Assembly (NCBI GenBank): GCA_965215155.1
Contig: CBDCCY010000001.1
Span: 455,416-519,415, forward strand
Length of the DNA: 64,000 nucleotides
Source of the DNA: Vicinamibacterales bacterium
GTDB taxonomy: Bacteria > Acidobacteriota > Vicinamibacteria > Vicinamibacterales > UBA8438
Direction: 5' to 3'
The notes under the pieces were generated by a model. That model was not told the DNA's origin. It did not search any database and saw only the letters and a list, made by a program, of their open reading frames with translations. The position numbers and the translations under genes were made by a program. Positions 58,924-64,000 of this stretch are shown one piece after another (within the stretch, counting starts at the first letter, position 1; each line of letters opens with the position of its first letter).

Positions 58924-60408
58924 TCAGGGGCGCGCCAGCGCAGCGAACGCCGCCTCCAGCGCCGTCTCGGCCTCCCGTAGCGCGCCCCGCGCCCCGTCCA
59001 GCCAGCGCCGGCCGGCGGCCAGCCGTTCGCGGCCCTCTCGCACCATCCGCCGCGTCTCCGCCGGCTGCGGCCCGCCCAGACCCTGCCGCGACGCCACCAT
59101 CCGCTCGGGATCGAGCGCCTCGCGAATCCGGTCGACGCCGACCGGGAGGGGCTCGCCGTAGGTCTCCTCGTAGATGTGCAGCAGCTCTTCCGCCGTGAGC
59201 TCCTTGGGGCGCTTGCCGTGCGCCCGGCCGTACTCGGTGAGCTCCGACGCGTAGTGGTGGCCGACCCGGAACGGCACCTCCGCGTGCCGCAGCAGGGTAT
59301 CGGCCACCTCGGTCATGGTGGCGTAGTCGGCGTCCACCTCGGCCAGCGACCGCGCCGGGTCGACCACGAGTCCGCCCACGACGTCGGCGTAGAGCGCGTA
59401 CATCCGCCGCGCCTTCTCGGTGGTCTCCAGCACCTGGTCCGCGCCGCGGTAGTCGATCATGCCGGTCGACGTGTTGTGCGCGGTGAGGAAGACGGTCTGG
59501 GCGTCGCCGAGCACGGTGCTGGCGACCTGGCGCAGCCGCTCCAGGGCGATCGGGTTCCGCTTCTGCGGCATGATGCTGCTGATGCCGGTCAGCGAGCGGT
59601 CGAGCAGGAGCCACGGCGCGGGGTCGTGGTACTGCACCTGCACGTCCTCGCTGAACTGCCCGACGCCGATGGCGGAGATGGCCAGGGCCGAGACCAGCTC
59701 GGTCTTGGAATCGACGGACGACACGTGGTTGGCGTCGTAGGAGTTCTCGAGGACGCCGCCGAACCCGAGGAGCGCGGCGAGCCGCTCCCGATCGATGGGG
59801 AAGCCCGACGTGCCGAGCGCCGCCGCCCCCAGCGGACTGCGGTTCAGCCGTGCGTACGCTTCCTCCAGGCGCTCGGCATCGCGTTCGAGGGCCGCCGCGA
59901 AGGCCAGCAGGTAGTGGGCCAACGAGGTCGGCTGCGCCTGCACGCCGTGCGTGTAGCCGGGTATGACCGTCGCGGTGTGCCGCTCGGCCAGCGCCAGCAG
60001 CGCGTCGCGGGGCGCGAGCAGCGATTCGTAGGTGGCGAGGAGCGCCGCCCGCAGCGCGAGTCGCCGCGACGTCGAGCCGATGTCCTGCCGGCTGCGCCCG
60101 GTGTGCAGCCGGGACGCGCCGCGCCCGGCCACCGCCACTAGGTGCTCCTCGAAGACCAGGTAGTCGGACGAGCGCCGGGAGCCCGGCTCGCCCTGCTCCG
60201 CGATGACCTGCGCGATGCCCGCGGCGATCGTCCCCGCGAGCGGCGGCGGAACGAGCCCGGCTTCGGCGAGCATCACGATCGACGCCTTGTTGATCTTTCC
60301 CAGCCGGTCGAAGTCGTCGCGCTCGCCCTGCGCCCCGGCGACGGCGGGCAGTAGCGCGAGGGCGAGGGCGAGGCCGAACGCGACGAGAAGGCGGAAGGGT
60401 CGTGACAT
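58924..60408 (-). CDS. Argininosuccinate-lyase-like fumarate-lyase-superfamily enzyme carrying an N-terminal signal peptide
   Basis: LHTGRSRQD, GYTHGVQAQPT and SSIMPQKRNP signature blocks. N-terminus MSRPFRLLVAFGLALALALLPAVAGAQG. Confidence 0.75.
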   Translation of the reverse strand: MSRPFRLLVAFGLALALALLPAVAGAQGERDDFDRLGKINKASIVMLAEAGLVPPPLAGTIAAGIAQVIAEQGEPGSRRSSDYLVFEEHLVAVAGRGASRLHTGRSRQDIGSTSRRLALRAALLATYESLLAPRDALLALAERHTATVIPGYTHGVQAQPTSLAHYLLAFAAALERDAERLEEAYARLNRSPLGAAALGTSGFPIDRERLAALLGFGGVLENSYDANHVSSVDSKTELVSALAISAIGVGQFSEDVQVQYHDPAPWLLLDRSLTGISSIMPQKRNPIALERLRQVASTVLGDAQTVFLTAHNTSTGMIDYRGADQVLETTEKARRMYALYADVVGGLVVDPARSLAEVDADYATMTEVADTLLRHAEVPFRVGHHYASELTEYGRAHGKRPKELTAEELLHIYEETYGEPLPVGVDRIREALDPERMVASRQGLGGPQPAETRRMVREGRERLAAGRRWLDGARGALREAETALEAAFAALARP

Positions 60409-60417
60409 GGCGTCCTC

Positions 60418-60921
60418 TCAGGTGCGGGGGGGGCGGGTGGTGAGCACGTAGAACGCGGTGCCGTCGTCCGTCGTCCGCGCGAGCCGGAAGCCGAGTCGCG
60501 CGAGCACCGCTCCGGACGCGGTGTTGGGCACGTCGATGGCGGCCCGGACCTCGGTCCAGCCCAGGGTCTCGAAGGCGAACCGGCAGGCGGCGGTCGCGGC
60601 CTCCGTGGCCAGACCCTGCCCCCAGTACGCGGGAAGCAACCCGTACAGCAGTTGCGCCTCGGGCGGCTCGAAGAACTCGCGGAAGCCGGCGAATCCGATG
60701 ACTGACGGGTCGCCGCGTCGCCGAACGGCCCACAGACCCCCGCCGCCGCTGCCGAAGCGCCGCTCGCTCGCCCGGATCTCCGTGGTCACCCAGTCGGCGG
60801 ACACCAACTTGCCGTCGAGCAGGAAGCGGCGCACGTCGGCGTCGCGAAAGACCTGCAGCAACGACGCGGCGTCGGTCATCCCGATCGGCGCCAGGTCCAG
60901 TCGCGCCGTGCTCCACTCCAT
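60418..60921 (-). CDS. GNAT N-acetyltransferase (RimJ/RimL-like)
   Basis: YGLLPAYWGQGLATEAATAACRFAFETLG acetyl-CoA-binding block. Start uncertain (60921 or 61002). Confidence 0.75.
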   Translation of the reverse strand: MEWSTARLDLAPIGMTDAASLLQVFRDADVRRFLLDGKLVSADWVTTEIRASERRFGSGGGGLWAVRRRGDPSVIGFAGFREFFEPPEAQLLYGLLPAYWGQGLATEAATAACRFAFETLGWTEVRAAIDVPNTASGAVLARLGFRLARTTDDGTAFYVLTTRPPRT

Positions 60922-61076
60922 CCGCGTCCCCGAAACCAGCCGCATTGTAGTCCGTCCCGCCCAGGGCCCCGGGTCGATGCGCCGGGGGTGCAGGCGCCGC
61001 ACCCGGAGCGGCGGAATCGAATCCGCTGGGCGACGACTTCGACTACAGGGAGGCGTTCGAGAGCGTCGACCTCGAG

Positions 61077-63101
61077 GTGCTCAAGGACGAGCTCGCGCAG
61101 CTGATGACCACCTCCCAGGACTGGTGGCCCGCGGACTATGGCCACTACGGGCCGTTCTTCATTCGCATGGCGTGGCACAGCGCGGGCACCTACCGGACCG
61201 TCGACGGCCGCGGGGGCGCGGACGGCGGCCTGCAACGCCTGCCGCCGCTCAACAGTTGGCCCGACAACGCCAACCTGGACAAGGCGACGCGGCTGCTCTG
61301 GCCGCTCAAGCAGAAGTACGGCCGCAACGTCTCCTGGGCCGACCTGATGATCCTGGCCGGCACCGTCGCCATGGAGTCGATGGGCTTCGAGACGCTGGGC
61401 TTCGCCGGCGGCCGCATCGACGCCTGGCAACCCGAGGACGTGAACTGGGGGCCCGAGGGCGAGTGGCTCGGCTTCGACCGCCGCGACGAGGACGGCGCGC
61501 TGAAGAAGCCGTTCGGCGCCACGCAGATGGGCCTGATCTACGTGAACCCGCAGGGCCCCGGCGGCAACTCGGATCCGCAGGCCGCCGCGCACGCCGTCCG
61601 CGCGGCGTTCGGCCGCATGGCGATGAACGACGAGGAGACCGCGGCGCTGATCGCCGGCGGCCATACCTTCGGCAAGGCCCACGGCGTCGCGGATTCGTCG
61701 CAGTACGTCGGCGTCGAGCCGGAAGGCGGCGACATCGAAGCCCAGGGGTTCGGCTGGGAGAACAGCTTCGGCAGCGGCCACGGCGCGGACACGATCACCA
61801 GCGGCCTCGAAGGCGCGTGGACGAGCGACCCCGCCGCCTGGACCCACGACTTCCTCGAGCACCTGTACGGCTACGAGTGGGAGCAGACCCGCAGCCCCGG
61901 CGGCGCCGTCCAGTGGCGGCCGGCCGGTGGCGTCGCGGCGGACCTGGTGCCCGACGCCCACGATCCGACCGTGCGGCACGCGCCGATGATGCTCACCACC
62001 GACCTCGCGCTGAGGGTCGATCCGGCCTACCGCGAGATCACCTCGCGCTGGCTCGACGACCCGGACGCGTTCGCCGACGCGTTCGCCCGGGCGTGGTTCA
62101 AGCTGACGCACCGCGACCTGGGCCCCACCTCGCGCTACCTGGGCGACCTGGTGCCGGACCGCGAGTTCGTGTGGCAGGACCCGGTGCCGGAAGTCGACCA
62201 CGCCCCGATCGACGACCGGGACGCGGCCGTGCTGAAAGCCCGGATCCTGGACGCGGGCCTGTCCACCGCCGAGCTGGTCCGGACCGCCTGGGCCTCGGCG
62301 TCCACCTTCCGCGGCACCGACATGCGGGGCGGCGCCAACGGCGCGCGCATTCGTCTCGAGCCGCAGCGGGAATGGCTCGCCAACGACCCGGGGGAGCTGG
62401 CCGGTGTGCTGGAAGCCCTGGCCGGCATCCGGAGCCGATTCAACGATGCGCAGGTGGGTGACAAGCGGGTGTCGCTGGCGGACGTCATCGTGCTCGGCGG
62501 CGCCGCGGCCATCGAGCGCGCGGCGGCGCGAGCCGGGCGCGCCGTCGACGTTCCCTTCGCACCGGGCCGCACGGACGCGTCGGCGGAGCAGACCGACGCG
62601 GAGTCGTTCGCCCTGCTCGAGCCGACCGCGGACGGCTTCCGCAACTACTTCGCCGCCGGCAACAGCCGTTCCCCGGCCGAGATGCTGGTGGAGAAGGCCG
62701 CCATGCTGAACCTGACCATCCCCGAGATGACGGCGCTGGTCGGCGGCATGCGCACCCTCGACGCCAATGCCGGAGGCTCTGCGCACGGTGTGTTCACGGA
62801 CCGCCCCGGCACGCTGAGCAACGACTTCTTCGTCAACCTCACCGACGTGTCCACGCCGTGGACCCGCTCGTCCACCGAGGGCATCTACGAGGGTCGCGAC
62901 CGCGCCACCGGCGACCTCAAGTGGACGGCGACGCCGGTCGACCTGATCTTCGGCTCCAGCTCCGAGTTGCGCGCCGTGGCGGAGTTCTACGCCGCCGATG
63001 ACGCAGAGGCGGACTTCGTGCACGACTTCGTGGCGGCGTGGACCAAGGTGATGACCCTGGACCGCTTCGACCTGGAGTCGGCGGCGGCGTGTTGCCGGTA
63101 A
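61077..63101 (+). CDS. katG: Catalase-peroxidase lacking the conserved N-terminal about 55 residues (possibly a pseudogene)
   Basis: [37 protein letters not shown] and the C-terminal domain are present. KatG-like sequence starts only at NPLGDDFDY (61020). The frame opens after TAG 60948-60950. The first start codon is GTG at 61077. Confidence 0.85.
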   Translation: MLKDELAQLMTTSQDWWPADYGHYGPFFIRMAWHSAGTYRTVDGRGGADGGLQRLPPLNSWPDNANLDKATRLLWPLKQKYGRNVSWADLMILAGTVAMESMGFETLGFAGGRIDAWQPEDVNWGPEGEWLGFDRRDEDGALKKPFGATQMGLIYVNPQGPGGNSDPQAAAHAVRAAFGRMAMNDEETAALIAGGHTFGKAHGVADSSQYVGVEPEGGDIEAQGFGWENSFGSGHGADTITSGLEGAWTSDPAAWTHDFLEHLYGYEWEQTRSPGGAVQWRPAGGVAADLVPDAHDPTVRHAPMMLTTDLALRVDPAYREITSRWLDDPDAFADAFARAWFKLTHRDLGPTSRYLGDLVPDREFVWQDPVPEVDHAPIDDRDAAVLKARILDAGLSTAELVRTAWASASTFRGTDMRGGANGARIRLEPQREWLANDPGELAGVLEALAGIRSRFNDAQVGDKRVSLADVIVLGGAAAIERAAARAGRAVDVPFAPGRTDASAEQTDAESFALLEPTADGFRNYFAAGNSRSPAEMLVEKAAMLNLTIPEMTALVGGMRTLDANAGGSAHGVFTDRPGTLSNDFFVNLTDVSTPWTRSSTEGIYEGRDRATGDLKWTATPVDLIFGSSSELRAVAEFYAADDAEADFVHDFVAAWTKVMTLDRFDLESAAACCR

Positions 63102-63115
63102 GGCTGTAACTCCCC

Positions 63116-63607
63116 TCAGCCCGGGCGCCGGGGCGCGGCCTGCGGAGGCCGGGCCGGGGCGGCCTTCGTGAACCGGATCTGTTCGAGTCCGGTGTCCGGG
63201 TCCGTGGTCCGAGCCGCGGCCTGCCAACCGCGCGCCTCGTAGAACCGGTTGGCGGACGTGTTGGCGGCGAAGCTCTCCAACCGAATGACCGGGTGTGTCT
63301 GGATGAGGCGCGCCTCCGCGTCCGCCACCAGTGCGGCCCCGATGCCGCGGCCCTGCCGGGCGGGATGCACCATCAGCAGCTCGAGCAGGTCGCCGTCGGT
63401 GAAGCAGCAGCCAACCACCTCGCCGGCCTCTTCGGCCACGCGACACTCCTCCCAGTGCGACGCCACGTACTTCCCGACGGCATCGTCCGCAAGCCATCGT
63501 TCGAGGGTGTCGGCAGGGACGAACGTCGGGAAGCTCCCGCGGATCGCCGCGAGCACGATCGTCGCGAGCACCTCCCGGTCGGTCGAACGCGCCGGGCGGA
63601 TCTTCAT
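63116..63607 (-). CDS. GNAT family N-acetyltransferase
   Basis: LMVHPARQGRGIGAALV (Q/RxxGxG/A motif). NTSANRFYEARGW. Confidence 0.8.
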   Translation of the reverse strand: MKIRPARSTDREVLATIVLAAIRGSFPTFVPADTLERWLADDAVGKYVASHWEECRVAEEAGEVVGCCFTDGDLLELLMVHPARQGRGIGAALVADAEARLIQTHPVIRLESFAANTSANRFYEARGWQAAARTTDPDTGLEQIRFTKAAPARPPQAAPRRPG

Positions 63608-63649
63608 CGTACGGATGCAGGCGGATCGAGTTCCGGAGCGACCGTCCCG

Positions 63650-64000
63650 TCAGCCGGCGTCCGCGGCGTCCAGCCGCACCAGGTGGCGAGGCGGAAAGCC
63701 CGTCAGGAGCAGGAACGCGAGGGGGCGTGGATGCTCGCCGTCGACCCGCGCGTACTCCTCGGCAGTCACCGGAACGGCCCTGTAGTTCCGCGTCTCCCCG
63801 TCGCGCGTCACCTGCACCCGCGGATTCGCCAGGACGCGACGGTGCCAGGCGCGGGGCCAGTGATTGACCGCTACGTAGAGCTGCCCGTCGCTATGCAGCC
63901 CCTGGAGCACGCGGTCGACGGCGCCGCCGTCCTCGCCCACCGTGGTCAACACCAGCGTGTCGGGCGCCTCGGGCTGAAAGAAGCCGATCAGCGACTCGAA
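63650..64000 (-). CDS. DUF385 / deazaflavin-dependent nitroreductase-like protein, partial (5' end outside the window)
   Basis: The frame is open to the window edge. LVLTTVGEDGG...LYVAV...VLANPRVQVTRDGE...AVPVTAEEYARV pattern resembles the DUF385 family. Confidence 0.5.
   Translation of the reverse strand, partial: FESLIGFFQPEAPDTLVLTTVGEDGGAVDRVLQGLHSDGQLYVAVNHWPRAWHRRVLANPRVQVTRDGETRNYRAVPVTAEEYARVDGEHPRPLAFLLLTGFPPRHLVRLDAADAG

Noticed and set aside
1-64000. Prophage, integron, transposon or integrative-island boundaries.
   Set aside because: I found no integrase, transposase, recombinase, tRNA attachment site or phage structural genes in any frame. Apart from 33404..33913, composition looks uniform by eye.

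Overview
Very GC-rich (about 70% by eye) bacterial chromosomal segment. About 50 protein-coding genes are packed on both strands. I recognised no rRNA, tRNA, CRISPR array, transposase or integrase.

Many long ORFs in the six-frame track are Arg/Pro/Gly/Ala-rich shadow frames of real genes. This is expected at this GC content, so I discarded them and trimmed several merged ORFs to internal starts supported by RBS or signal-peptide context.

Gene content:
- Many exported or periplasmic proteins: M28 peptidase, Big_2/LVIVD protein, DUF2911, Tat-amidase, MBL hydrolase, beta-lactamase-like hydrolase, HExxH protein and a solute-binding protein.
- A glycogen island: glgX-malQ, GAF-fused glgP, a nucleotidyltransferase, glgB and glgA.
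- A dihaem cytochrome c / PQQ-dehydrogenase / dual-specificity-phosphatase operon.
- A DUF1592/DUF1552 pair followed by two tandemly duplicated secreted ankyrin proteins and a cytochrome c-prime.
- An NCS2 permease translationally coupled to a membrane MutS-domain-V ATPase.
- A 5'-truncated katG, GNATs and MFS transporters.

This gene content (acido-empty-type quinoprotein, DUF1592/DUF1552, DUF4159, DUF5916) weakly suggests an Acidobacteriota- or Gemmatimonadota-like organism.

Main hunt results:
1. A two-gene cassette of divergent ABC/SMC-type ATPases. One carries an OLD/PARIS-like Toprim-like tail and the other a DUF3696-like tail. It is a candidate uncharacterised defence system.
2. A family of CTAG-bounded palindromic MITE/REP-like elements at six or more intergenic sites. 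They repeatedly abut or supply TAG stop codons.
3. A low-GC3 orphan gene with SLATT-like helix-2TM-helix architecture.
4. A three-member secreted paralog family, one member fused to cytochrome c, next to a DUF6152-like gene.
5. Several rearrangement scars: a PQQ-dehydrogenase remnant, the katG truncation, and a 66-bp tandem duplication of a gene 3' end.
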